This document shows positions 8,981 to 18,300 of a stretch of 64,000 nt of DNA, one piece after another. This stretch comes from Desulfatiglandales bacterium. Lineage in GTDB: Bacteria; Desulfobacterota; DSM-4660; Desulfatiglandales; HGW-15. A program made the position numbers and the translations under genes. The stretch spans positions 1,088,001 to 1,152,000 of the forward strand of contig CAXXJJ010000004.1 of NCBI GenBank assembly GCA_963667015.2, read 5' to 3'. The notes beneath the pieces were generated by a model, which worked only from the letters and a program-made list of their open reading frames with translations, had not been told where the DNA came from and ran no database searches. How positions within the stretch are numbered: position 1 is the stretch's first letter; every line of letters starts with the position of its first letter.

Positions 8981-11176
8981 TCACTCTTTTATTATCCTGA
9001 AATAATCTCCTTGCTGAATTGCAGTATACCCCTCTTCTTCAAGTTTGGACTGAAAGAGATCATAGGCTTCATCAAATGTTACTTCGCCTTGAGTGTTAAT
9101 ATCTATTTCCCCTTCAACACTGTCATCGATTATAATTTTTTTCCATCCTCTACCCTGTATATAGTTGTTTATTTCTCGTATATCTGTGTTAACAAATTCT
9201 ATAGAAACAACTGCATCTTTTCTCCTTATATCAATACCAATAACCCTGTCTACCAACCTGCAACCAAGCTCATCCACAGCTGACTCAAATACTTTAAGAG
9301 CTTCATCAACAGTTATATTCTCCGGTGATACAAGGGTGATCTTCTGCGGAACATCTGGTGGAAACCAGCTAAAACCTTTACCTGTTATTTTTGACAGATA
9401 AGTCATAATCTCATTAAAATCTGCATTCTTAAAATTCAGCGTAACAAATTCAGGGTATCGGCCTGATTTTTGCCCCTCAGGTTCCTGGTCATATGTTAAA
9501 GGCAGGTCCGTTTTTTTTGTGTAATTCGATAGATCTTTTTTACTGATATCGGCTGTAATAAAAAAGTAAATATTCGTTTTACCTTTAAATGTAACCAGGG
9601 AAGTTTTTTCATCCTCGAGGATCAAATCAGTATAAAAGTAATTAACTTTTTTCTTTGCCGAATCTCCTTCATTTGCCTCTACAACCTCCAACTCTATATC
9701 CAGCTTCACCATTTTCTCATTAACCATCTCCGGTGATATTTTTATTCTTTGACAATAGGTTTTATCAGATCCTTTTCCTGATTTAAGTATATCTATTGGG
9801 TGTACCCCACCCATATAGACCTCTGGGGAACCCAGAACCTGAACATCAGGATCTTCATTCATAAAAAGTTTTAATTCCTTCAGGTCTTCAAATGGTTTGC
9901 CATCAACGGTTATTCCATCATTGAAAGTATGAAAACCTGAATCAGTAACACTTCCAAAATCAAACGCCTTCTCCTCATCTGCCTCAACTATCAAACCTTT
10001 ATAAACGAAATTATATGGGAAAGTTATAATTTCGCCTTGACCCTGCTGCAGGTCAGCTTCATCAGAACTGTAATCTGAAACCTGAGAGATTCCTGCCATT
10101 GGCATTATACAGATAACCATGAACAGACTTATGGATATGGTTGCTATTATCTTTCTTTTAGGGTTTTCCCATGACCTTTTCTCAAGCCATTTTAAGCGGG
10201 GTATTAATCTGAAAGGACTTTCAAATATTCCAAGAAAACCAATGCCAGGCTCCATACTCTCTGCAAAAAGTTCACGCGCTGTTTTAAGAAGAGTTGCACG
10301 ATAGTCAGCAGTCTTTTCCCTTAAAACATTTGCAACACTTAAATCACAGCAGATTTCACATATATGCCTCATCTGTTTGCGCGACCATATTAAAAGCGGG
10401 TTAAACCAGTAAACGATCTGGAGTAATATGCAAATCCAGTGAACAAGCAGGTCACCCCTTTTTAAATGGCAAAGTTCATGAATCAGTACATGTTCTGCCT
10501 GTTCCCTTGAGAGTTTATCCATATATCCCTCCGGTAATATAAGAAACTGTTTAATTACACCGTAAACTGCCGGACTCTTTAAATCTTTTGAAAACACTAA
10601 AGTTGGTGTTTTTTTAAGCTTAAGTCTTTTGCATATACTTAGCAGAAGTTTGTTTTGCCATTCAGGAATGTCATCCTTTGCCTGAATTTTTCGCCACTTC
10701 CGAAACTCAATCACTTTCCTGAACAGCAAAAGAGAGAAAATGATCATTCCTGAAATCCAACAGGATAACAGCCATGTCTTCCAGGTGGCTGCTTCAGTCA
10801 TGACTTGCTTATTATCATTGGACGGCAATAATGTTTCCTGACGACGTATAGCTGCAGTTTCTTTTAAATCATCTTGAAACAATAATGCTTCCGCACTTTT
10901 TGCGGCCTCATCACTTATCCCGATTTGAACGGCAATTCTCTCTTCTACCTGCGGCTGTATCCATGAAACAATGCTGGTAGGCATCTGCCATGCAGGGCTA
11001 ATAATGAGTTTTATAAATACCAGAGCCCACAGTGCATACCTGACCTGAGGCCATGCCCATTTGCGGATTACCATATCCAGGGCCGTCACAATAATGATTA
11101 ACAGACTCACCTGCCAGAACATACTACCCATCCACTGCCACCATATTTCTGATAAATCATTTAGTTGTGCGATCAT
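8981..11176 (-). CDS. BlaR1-like M56 peptidase fused to degenerate mini secretin core and two GspD-N0-like domains
   Basis: HELCH/EICCD; VTLNFKNADFNEIMTYLSKITGKGF...ITVDEALKVFES and VSIEFVNTDIREI...VTFDEAYDLFQS. Confidence 0.85.
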   Translation of the reverse strand: MIAQLNDLSEIWWQWMGSMFWQVSLLIIIVTALDMVIRKWAWPQVRYALWALVFIKLIISPAWQMPTSIVSWIQPQVEERIAVQIGISDEAAKSAEALLFQDDLKETAAIRRQETLLPSNDNKQVMTEAATWKTWLLSCWISGMIIFSLLLFRKVIEFRKWRKIQAKDDIPEWQNKLLLSICKRLKLKKTPTLVFSKDLKSPAVYGVIKQFLILPEGYMDKLSREQAEHVLIHELCHLKRGDLLVHWICILLQIVYWFNPLLIWSRKQMRHICEICCDLSVANVLREKTADYRATLLKTARELFAESMEPGIGFLGIFESPFRLIPRLKWLEKRSWENPKRKIIATISISLFMVICIMPMAGISQVSDYSSDEADLQQGQGEIITFPYNFVYKGLIVEADEEKAFDFGSVTDSGFHTFNDGITVDGKPFEDLKELKLFMNEDPDVQVLGSPEVYMGGVHPIDILKSGKGSDKTYCQRIKISPEMVNEKMVKLDIELEVVEANEGDSAKKKVNYFYTDLILEDEKTSLVTFKGKTNIYFFITADISKKDLSNYTKKTDLPLTYDQEPEGQKSGRYPEFVTLNFKNADFNEIMTYLSKITGKGFSWFPPDVPQKITLVSPENITVDEALKVFESAVDELGCRLVDRVIGIDIRRKDAVVSIEFVNTDIREINNYIQGRGWKKIIIDDSVEGEIDINTQGEVTFDEAYDLFQSKLEEEGYTAIQQGDYFRIIKE

Positions 11177-11178
11177 AG

Positions 11179-11547
11179 TTATTTCTCCCGATCTTCTTCT
11201 TTTAAAATCCGGATCAATTCTTCACGTTCTTTTCTGGAAAGTTTTTTCTCATCAACAAGATAGTGCATAAAAGGCTCAAGAGCGCCGTCCATGACCTTGT
11301 CAAAAAGATTCGTAAAGGCGTTCTTGTGGGCCTTTTCCTGCGCTATTAAGGGTTCATAAAAACTTGTGTTCCCCCTCTTGTGCTCGGATACTGCACCCTT
11401 TGTCACGAGCCTGCTGAGCATTGTTTTGACTGTCGTATAGGCCCACTCAACCTCTCCTGAAAGCCGCTCAATGATTTCCCGTGCAGTCGCAGGACTGCCT
11501 TTCCACAGTGAGTTCATTATTTTCCATTCATTTTCAGAAAGTTTCAT
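11179..11547 (-). CDS. blaI: BlaI/MecI/CopY family repressor
   Basis: LSENEWKIMNSLW...WAYTTVKTMLSRLVTKG; immediately upstream of M56 genes. Confidence 0.92.
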   Translation of the reverse strand: MKLSENEWKIMNSLWKGSPATAREIIERLSGEVEWAYTTVKTMLSRLVTKGAVSEHKRGNTSFYEPLIAQEKAHKNAFTNLFDKVMDGALEPFMHYLVDEKKLSRKEREELIRILKEEDREK

Positions 11548-11563
11548 TTTAAAGGTCTCCTTT

Positions 11564-11630
11564 CTACATTTGTAGCAAATACTACTACACCTGTAGAAAT
11601 GCTGTCAAGTATTTTCTTCTACAATTGTAG
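11564..11630. promoter_or_regulatory. Three BlaI-type operators overlapping the blaI promoter
   Basis: CTACATTTGTAG 11564-11575, CTACACCTGTAG 11585-11596, CTACAATTGTAG 11619-11630; minus-strand TTGACA (11603-11608) and TAGTAT (11579-11584). Confidence 0.85.
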
Positions 11631-11647
11631 TAAAAATACTATTCCAT

Positions 11648-11676
11648 TTGACATAAAACCCATAAGCCCTTATATT
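11648..11676 (+). promoter_or_regulatory. sigma70-type promoter of divergent small gene
   Basis: TTGACA-17 bp-TATATT. Confidence 0.65.
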
Positions 11677-11712
11677 CCTGACAAATAGAAGTAAATAAAA
11701 ACAGAGGTAAAA

Positions 11713-11979
11713 ATGAGCATCCATAGAGTATTATTGAAAATAGCATACTGGCTGGTAGCGCTTTCGATCGTTGTATTGATAGGCCTTACCTTTTTTGCCC
11801 GCCGCGTAATTACACAGCAATCTCAACCTGCGCCTGTTGAAAAGACAGTTACAGAAGAGACTACAAGTATTAAATTTTCGGGCATGACTCTGACAAGAGA
11901 TGACGGAAAATCTAAAAAAGAAGAACCGGAAATTAAAGAAGAAATTAAAAAAGATGAAGGTGAACAGACAGACAAGTAA
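11713..11979 (+). CDS. Small single-pass membrane protein
   Basis: RBS GAGGT, N-terminal hydrophobic helix, charged tail, hairpin at 11983-12023. Confidence 0.65.
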   Translation: MSIHRVLLKIAYWLVALSIVVLIGLTFFARRVITQQSQPAPVEKTVTEETTSIKFSGMTLTRDDGKSKKEEPEIKEEIKKDEGEQTDK

Positions 11980-12108
11980 TAACCCACAATACATTCATAT
12001 GAAATAATATGAATGTGTGTGGGATATCGTTTTGAGTTTATAGTTATTAATCATTAAAACCATCCCTTTTTAAATCTTAGTATATTTCGGGTATATAAAT
12101 GTCAGTTT

Positions 12109-12357
12109 TTATTCGCTATCCACTGAGAGAACAATATTATCGCTTTTCTCCTCATAATCTGCCCATCGCCTTTTTAGGCTAACTCCGCTTTTTATTAAAA
12201 TATCGGCTATGAACAAAATAATCCTGCATGGATATGATTTTTTATCTTTGTTTTCTTTTCTTGCAGATCTGGCAAGTCGAATCATCCGGCATTCAGCAAG
12301 AAGTTCTTCATGTTTCTGCTTCGAAATAACATACACTATATAGGGATTTTCAAACAT
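12109..12357 (-). CDS. Small hypothetical protein
   Basis: RBS GGAGG before ATG; 82 aa. Confidence 0.55.
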   Translation of the reverse strand: MFENPYIVYVISKQKHEELLAECRMIRLARSARKENKDKKSYPCRIILFIADILIKSGVSLKRRWADYEEKSDNIVLSVDSE

Positions 12358-12607
12358 TTTCGCCTCCGGTATTTTTCATTGTTAATATGCTGTTCTATAG
12401 ACTGGTAATCCCATTGTTGTCTGAACTTCATGCTTATTCCTTGAGTGATGTCTCTTTCTGATTTTTTTGTATCCATTTTCTTCTCCTTTTTTTGTTTAAG
12501 ATTAATAATATCACCATCTTCTTTAAATAATGAAGGTGCTTAAGTAATCCTGTTGGTTGTGTAAAATCATTAAAAATGCCGTGGAAGAAACATCCCGGCT
12601 TTCAGAT

Positions 12608-12741
12608 AAAAAAAAGCCGCGGATTTGATTATGTCCGCGGCTTTTTTCATTAGAATGAGGAAAATATTTTCAGTAACTCCTCCGCAGACATGTTGTTGCC
12701 CATTCAGACTGGCAATATGTTGTTGATGATCTCATATTCAT
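12608..12741 (-). promoter_or_regulatory. Leader-peptide transcription attenuator
   Basis: 23-aa ORF 12741-12670 after AAAGGA; terminator AAAAAAGCCGCGGA...TCCGCGGCTTTTTTTT; ATGTCTGCGG in leader complementary to terminator 5' arm. Confidence 0.6.
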
Positions 12742-12913
12742 TACATGTCTTCCTTTCATTGCGGAAAAATTACACCTGGTTGTTATTTACAGAATTTATT
12801 GAAGGATGAAATATACAGGTAATTATATTAAAGTCAAGTTATTTTAACGCCTTACCCGTTAAATAAAATACAAAATTCACCGATGTTACACATATTTTTA
12901 GAAGGTATTCTGA

Positions 12914-12942
12914 TTGACATGGTACAATGAAATCCATATACT
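12914..12942 (+). promoter_or_regulatory. sigma70-type promoter of oxidoreductase operon
   Basis: TTGACA-17 bp-TATACT. Confidence 0.65.
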
Positions 12943-13169
12943 GCGTTTTCAATACAGGAACTGCATAATTTTTACTCTTCAATGCTGATTTATACTCTTT
13001 TTATCCGTAAGCGGGTGCCAATGCTATTTTTTAAACACAATCTTAAATAAAAGATTTTTTCAGCCACGAGACAATAGAGTTCCATGCTTCAAGAGGCATA
13101 TGTTAATGCTTTAAAAAAAACAGATTCAATCTGAATATAATATATAAACATTTAGCATTAGGGTAGCAT

Positions 13170-15482
13170 ATGGCAGATATTGCAGGCAGTAACGGTCAGA
13201 GAGAAGCTTTTGAAGCTGTTGGAAAAGCAAACGTACCTGGCAGGCTTTCCTACTCCATAGCAACCGGTATGGCAAAATTCGGTAGTGATTATGTTGTCCC
13301 CAATATGCTGCACGCCAAATATTTAAGAAATCCATACGGTCGCGCCAGAGTAAAGAGTATAGATATCAGCAAAGCCCTGGATCTTCCAGGCGTAGTGGAT
13401 ATTGTTACCTGGGAAGATCCGGAAGTACAGGCCATGAAAGGTATCAGGGAACCTCTTATCTTCAATGAATCCGATACGGAAGATGAAGAGATTGGAGCTG
13501 TTGTTGTTGCAGAAACACCTGAACTTTGTGATGAGGCACTTAAGCTTCTCAAGGTAGAATGGGAAGTGCTGCCGACCATAGTAGACCCCAGGGACGGATT
13601 AAAAGAAGGGGCGCCCGTAGTCCGCATAGATCCTAAAAAGTTATCAGGAAAACCCTACTCCGTCGGGGATATTGAGTCTGCATTTAAACAGGCAGACCAT
13701 ATAGTGGAATTTGACTGGGGTCACTCAAAGACGGCTTCTCATCCTCCCAACCCAAATGGAAGTGTCTCCTGGTGGGCGCAGGACCCGCTGGGTACGCCCG
13801 GCCCTACACTGTATATAGAAGGCGTTTGCCCTACATGGGGCTCATTCCAGCTTTTACCCATGTATAACCTCTACTTTGACAAACTCTATCGGGGAACCAC
13901 CTTCCAGGGCGGAAAATACTGCGACTGGTTCATTCGCCGTTCCCAGCTCATTACACCTTTACTGGCAAAAAGAACGGGTCGCCCGGTGCGCTGTGTAAAC
14001 GACAGAACACAGGACTACTACCCTGCCAACCCGCAGAGATATTCTCATACAAAGATAGGTTTTAAAAAAGACGGAACAATTACCTGTGTTGAAGAGAGCA
14101 CAATAGGTGATTCAGGTGCACCCGGCCCGAATGCAGGCGCATCTTCAATGGGATCATTTGAAGCCATGTTCAGTCCCTTTAATACTACCAAATGCACAAA
14201 TCTAAAGAGTACTTATCAGAGTGTCTACACCAGTTCAGGAAAAAACACAGGCAGCCAGACATCCCCGTTTAACTGGGATGCCATGACCATAGCAGAACAG
14301 ATCGTGGCAGAAAAACTGGACATGGACGTGATAGATGTTGCACTCAAGAATATTCACGGTCCCTCTTCACAGCAGGATCCGGGAATCCCCCCGGGTCTTA
14401 AGATGTGTATAGAAAAAGGCAAAAAAGCAATGAACTGGAAATGGCACAGAGCCGGGACCAGAAAACTTAAGGACGGCAGGATGCACGGATTAAGTTTTCG
14501 ATATGCCCAGTCACCCAGGCACGCCCAGCAGCCATACACTGCAACAGTTACAGTCCAGGCAGACAGCAAGGTATATGTACCGCTTAAAGGCCCATGGATG
14601 GGCGTATACGCTGCAGATGCCTGTGCCCTGGTCGTTGCAGAAGAGATGGGGGCAAAAGTTGAGGATGTAATTCTCCTTTATGACAATAAAGCTATCTTTA
14701 CTCCTGTTGGAGGAGGAAGCGACGGAACTACAGCATCTGCCTGGGTAATGAAGGAAGCGGCTGTGAAGTGCAAAAAACTGCTGCTGGAACTGGCTGCAAA
14801 ATCCAGTGCGTTCACTGGAGGTGGTGGAGGGATGCTCGGAGCTCCTCAACCCGGCGGGCGCAAAATCCTCCCCGAGGATCTCGATACTAAAGACACTATG
14901 GTATACCTTAAGTCGGACCCCGGCAAGGCCTTTCCCTTTGGCAAATTTATAGCGGATGAGGGTTTTGGAGATCATGATCTTGATATAACAGCAACTCATT
15001 TCGGCAGGCCACCGGAAACAACCTGGCACAAAGGCGGTCATATCCTGGATACTATGAATACAAGCTACTGTGAAGTCGCTGTAGACACTGAAACCGGTGA
15101 GGTAGAGGTCCTCAAGTATGTTGTTGTCTGTGATCCGGGCAAGGTGTTGAGGCTGACATCCTTTGAAAGTCAGCTCTTCCAGGCAATGTTCTTCAGCCAC
15201 GGTGGTGGATTAACTGAAGAGTTTATCTACGACAAGGATACAGGGGTTAAACTGAGCACTAACATGCTGGAGTATAAAAAGCCAACTATTTTGGATATGG
15301 GCTCGTTTGAGCCATATGCAGTTGAAACGAGAAGCGGTAATGCCGCCTACGGAGCGACTGGTATAAGCCACTGTATGGCTGCCCCGCTTCTCCCGGTTTG
15401 TGCGATAGCAAATGCAATAGGAAAATGGATAGAACCGCCGGCAACACCGGATAAGATACTTAAGGCACTTGGGAAATGTTAA
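13170..15482 (+). CDS. Xanthine dehydrogenase/aldehyde oxidase family molybdopterin-binding subunit (divergent)
   Basis: MLHAKYLRNPYGRARVKSIDISKA..LPGV; EVAVDTETGEVEV; PATPDKILKAL. Confidence 0.88.
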   Translation: MADIAGSNGQREAFEAVGKANVPGRLSYSIATGMAKFGSDYVVPNMLHAKYLRNPYGRARVKSIDISKALDLPGVVDIVTWEDPEVQAMKGIREPLIFNESDTEDEEIGAVVVAETPELCDEALKLLKVEWEVLPTIVDPRDGLKEGAPVVRIDPKKLSGKPYSVGDIESAFKQADHIVEFDWGHSKTASHPPNPNGSVSWWAQDPLGTPGPTLYIEGVCPTWGSFQLLPMYNLYFDKLYRGTTFQGGKYCDWFIRRSQLITPLLAKRTGRPVRCVNDRTQDYYPANPQRYSHTKIGFKKDGTITCVEESTIGDSGAPGPNAGASSMGSFEAMFSPFNTTKCTNLKSTYQSVYTSSGKNTGSQTSPFNWDAMTIAEQIVAEKLDMDVIDVALKNIHGPSSQQDPGIPPGLKMCIEKGKKAMNWKWHRAGTRKLKDGRMHGLSFRYAQSPRHAQQPYTATVTVQADSKVYVPLKGPWMGVYAADACALVVAEEMGAKVEDVILLYDNKAIFTPVGGGSDGTTASAWVMKEAAVKCKKLLLELAAKSSAFTGGGGGMLGAPQPGGRKILPEDLDTKDTMVYLKSDPGKAFPFGKFIADEGFGDHDLDITATHFGRPPETTWHKGGHILDTMNTSYCEVAVDTETGEVEVLKYVVVCDPGKVLRLTSFESQLFQAMFFSHGGGLTEEFIYDKDTGVKLSTNMLEYKKPTILDMGSFEPYAVETRSGNAAYGATGISHCMAAPLLPVCAIANAIGKWIEPPATPDKILKALGKC

Positions 15483-15506
15483 TTATAAAAAAGGGGGAAT
15501 AGTTAC

Positions 15507-16250
15507 ATGGCTGAATCAAAAAAACCCGAAGAAAAGAAAAAATCCGTTTCAAGACGTGATTTTCTGAAAAGCGGAAGCGTTGCAATTGCTGCCGGTGCGT
15601 TGGGAGCATACACCTCAATACCTGCAGAAGCAAACGCCGAGGAAGTATCCTATGAACCATCTAAAGGGTATATCGTTTATGACAGCAGGCTGTGCCTTGG
15701 CTGTCAGAGCTGTATGTATGCATGTTCACTGAGCCATGAAGGAGTGGCAAGTCCTTCTCTCTCCAGGATTCAGATAATACGCGATGCGCCGTCTTTTATA
15801 AAATATCCCTACGATATTATAATGTCTGTATGCAGACAGTGCGTAACTCCGATTTGCGTACAAAACTGCCCCACAGGGGCCTGTCATGTGGATACTGAAA
15901 ATGGTAATGTCAGATTGATCGATCCGGATGAATGCATAGGCTGTAAAACCTGCATCAACTCCTGTCCCCAGCGACCCCATAGAACTGTCTGGAATCCCGA
16001 AAAGGAAATTTCGATGAAATGTGACTTGTGCATCGACACGCCTCACTGGAGCAAGAAGGGAGGACCAGATGGTCAGCAGGCCTGTGTAAGTGTTTGTCCT
16101 GCAAAGGCGCTGAAACTGGTTCATGAACCTCCTCCTCAAACGGATGTAAACGGATATGACGTAGATATGGCGCCACCTCCGCCTCCACCCAGAAATTTTG
16201 GAAGTTTTTTTAAACAGGATTCAGATGAAAACAAGAAAGGGGGGGAATAA
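15507..16250 (+). CDS. Tat-signal DmsB-like 4x[4Fe-4S] protein
   Basis: SRRDFLK signal; CLGCQSCMYAC, CRQC...CVQNCP, CIGCKTCINSCP, KCDLC...CVSVCP. Confidence 0.9.
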   Translation: MAESKKPEEKKKSVSRRDFLKSGSVAIAAGALGAYTSIPAEANAEEVSYEPSKGYIVYDSRLCLGCQSCMYACSLSHEGVASPSLSRIQIIRDAPSFIKYPYDIIMSVCRQCVTPICVQNCPTGACHVDTENGNVRLIDPDECIGCKTCINSCPQRPHRTVWNPEKEISMKCDLCIDTPHWSKKGGPDGQQACVSVCPAKALKLVHEPPPQTDVNGYDVDMAPPPPPPRNFGSFFKQDSDENKKGGE

Positions 16251-16252
16251 TC

Positions 16253-18268
16253 ATGACGGGCGGATATACAGGAAAAATATTGAGGATTAATCTGACAACC
16301 AAATCAATCAACACTCTGGATACAGAAAAATATGAAGAGTTCGGTGGCGGATACGGTATGGGAACAGCTATTTTCTGGGATCTGGCAGTAGCTCCCGGTG
16401 AATGGGACATGAAGGATCCATATGATCCCCGGAACGTTCTTCCCATCATGGTCGGCCCTCTGGCAGCCACCGGTGTTCCGGGTTCAGGAAGAACCAGTGT
16501 TTGCGGATTATCACCTGAGACCTTCCCTACCAGTGAATTCTGGCGTGGTAATTTTGGCGGCCGGTTTGCCACCATGATGAAGCTTGCCGGATGGGATGGT
16601 GTAGTGGTTGAAGGCAAGGCCGATAATCCTGTATGGATCAATATTATTAATGACAAGGTGAAGATCGAGGATGCCAAAGAACTCTGGGGCCGGGACACCT
16701 GGGAAACACAGAGCAGGATCACATCAATGGTGGGCGGACAAACCCGCTTTGGCGAACAATGGCATGAAATCGACGACACCTACACTACCAACCGGCCTGA
16801 AATCCTCTGCATTGGTCCGATTGGTGAAACCAGATCACGAATGGCAGCTTTGATAACAGGCAGCGGAGTTAGTGCGCGAATCGGCGGACATGCTGCAGTC
16901 TTTGGCGCCAAGAATTTAAAAGCGATCAGTGTAGCAGGGACCGGTAAGGTTCAGGTAGCAGACCCGGAAGGCATTATTAAAGCAAGACTCCATCAGATGC
17001 AGGCGCCGGGTGCTGCGCCAACACAGCCAGGGGCAGCATCCTGTATGCCCTGCCTTAAGGGCGACCGGCGCAGAAACAACTATTACGGCGGAGAAACCAT
17101 GTGCGCCTGCTCGGGGTGGCTTGGCAGCCAGAAAGCATCGGATTCGGACCGGGCGGCTGAAGCATTGATTAAATACGGACTCAGCAGCTGGTCAGCCCAT
17201 TTTCATGCAGAAATGTTTTCACAAAATGTCCCTGATGCCCCTGCCTTGTTCAGAGGTAAGGTTCCGACGGATTCCGGACTTGGCTGGTATCTCCAGTACC
17301 TCAAACAGGAGGGTCTTCTTGGTCCCGGAAAAGAGATCGATTCCTATCCTTTACCCATGGATCAATGGGGCGACCTGAGTTTTCGTCTTGCTTTTCTGGA
17401 AGCAATTGCCAATCGTACAGGGATAGGCGATGCCCTGGCTGAAGGAACTTGCAGGGCAGCCGAGAAATGGGGGCGACTGGAAAAAGACAAGGAAAGCGCC
17501 GCCCTGCGATTGACTGCATGGGGAGCAACGACCCACTGGACAATGCCCTGGGTAGAATGGGCCTATGCCTACATCCTGGGAGCCGGGGACCCGGCCTGGC
17601 ATGGATTTATGGAACCTGTCGGAAAGCCGGCTACGGGCACTCTCGAACAATCTCTGGAAAAACTGTCAAAGTGTACCATCCCCTATACTGATGATATTTT
17701 CATGTTTAACTATGCATGGAAAGGCGAAGAGGCCTGGAAGACCGGAATCTATTCCCCGCATAAGGCAAAGCAGGTAGCCTGGAGCCGCCACTATTCATCC
17801 TTCTGGAATGAATCCATGGCCTTCTGCGAAATGTTCCTTCCAGAGTTGGGCAGCCACACTCCGGAAATGGAAATGATGTATTACAAAGCCGTAACAGGCA
17901 AGAATGACTCCTTTGCCGATACCATGCGCATCGGCCAGAAAATCTGGACCCTGGAACGGGCTATCCGTGTAATGCACGGAAGAAGCCGGGAAAAGGAAGA
18001 CTTCTTTCCATACATGTATATGCCTGGAGCATCCGGTATCGCCATTTATGGTGGAGTCCCCATTTATGAAGACGGTAAATGGCGTAATGACAACTGCCGG
18101 GATATGTATCTGGACAGAAAGGGGGTGAACGACTTTAAAGATCATTACTATGCCCTTGAAGGCTGGGACAAAGAACATGGCTGGCCCACTAAAAAAACAA
18201 TGGAAAAACTCGGGCTTAAGAGAATGGTTAAGCCGCTTAAAGAAGCTGATAAACTCGGAAAGGCGTAA
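16253..18268 (+). CDS. Aldehyde:ferredoxin oxidoreductase family protein (tungsten AOR-like)
   Basis: GYTGKILRINLT, GGRFATMMKLAGWDGVVVEGKAD, KNLKAI, YYALEGWD...PTKKTMEKLGL. Confidence 0.9.
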   Translation: MTGGYTGKILRINLTTKSINTLDTEKYEEFGGGYGMGTAIFWDLAVAPGEWDMKDPYDPRNVLPIMVGPLAATGVPGSGRTSVCGLSPETFPTSEFWRGNFGGRFATMMKLAGWDGVVVEGKADNPVWINIINDKVKIEDAKELWGRDTWETQSRITSMVGGQTRFGEQWHEIDDTYTTNRPEILCIGPIGETRSRMAALITGSGVSARIGGHAAVFGAKNLKAISVAGTGKVQVADPEGIIKARLHQMQAPGAAPTQPGAASCMPCLKGDRRRNNYYGGETMCACSGWLGSQKASDSDRAAEALIKYGLSSWSAHFHAEMFSQNVPDAPALFRGKVPTDSGLGWYLQYLKQEGLLGPGKEIDSYPLPMDQWGDLSFRLAFLEAIANRTGIGDALAEGTCRAAEKWGRLEKDKESAALRLTAWGATTHWTMPWVEWAYAYILGAGDPAWHGFMEPVGKPATGTLEQSLEKLSKCTIPYTDDIFMFNYAWKGEEAWKTGIYSPHKAKQVAWSRHYSSFWNESMAFCEMFLPELGSHTPEMEMMYYKAVTGKNDSFADTMRIGQKIWTLERAIRVMHGRSREKEDFFPYMYMPGASGIAIYGGVPIYEDGKWRNDNCRDMYLDRKGVNDFKDHYYALEGWDKEHGWPTKKTMEKLGLKRMVKPLKEADKLGKA

Positions 18269-18274
18269 ATACAA

Positions 18275-18299
18275 AGACGGGTTTAAAACCCGTCTCTAC
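18275..18299 (-). repeat. GTAG-type REP palindrome
   Basis: AGACGGGTTTAAAACCCGTCTCTAC. Confidence 0.65.
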
Positions 18300-18300
18300 C

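Noticed and set aside
2210..11547. Beta-lactam resistance locus or a real T2SS operon
   Set aside because: No penicillin-binding sensor domain or adjacent beta-lactamase; no other gsp/pil genes; secretin parts are shrunken and in reversed order
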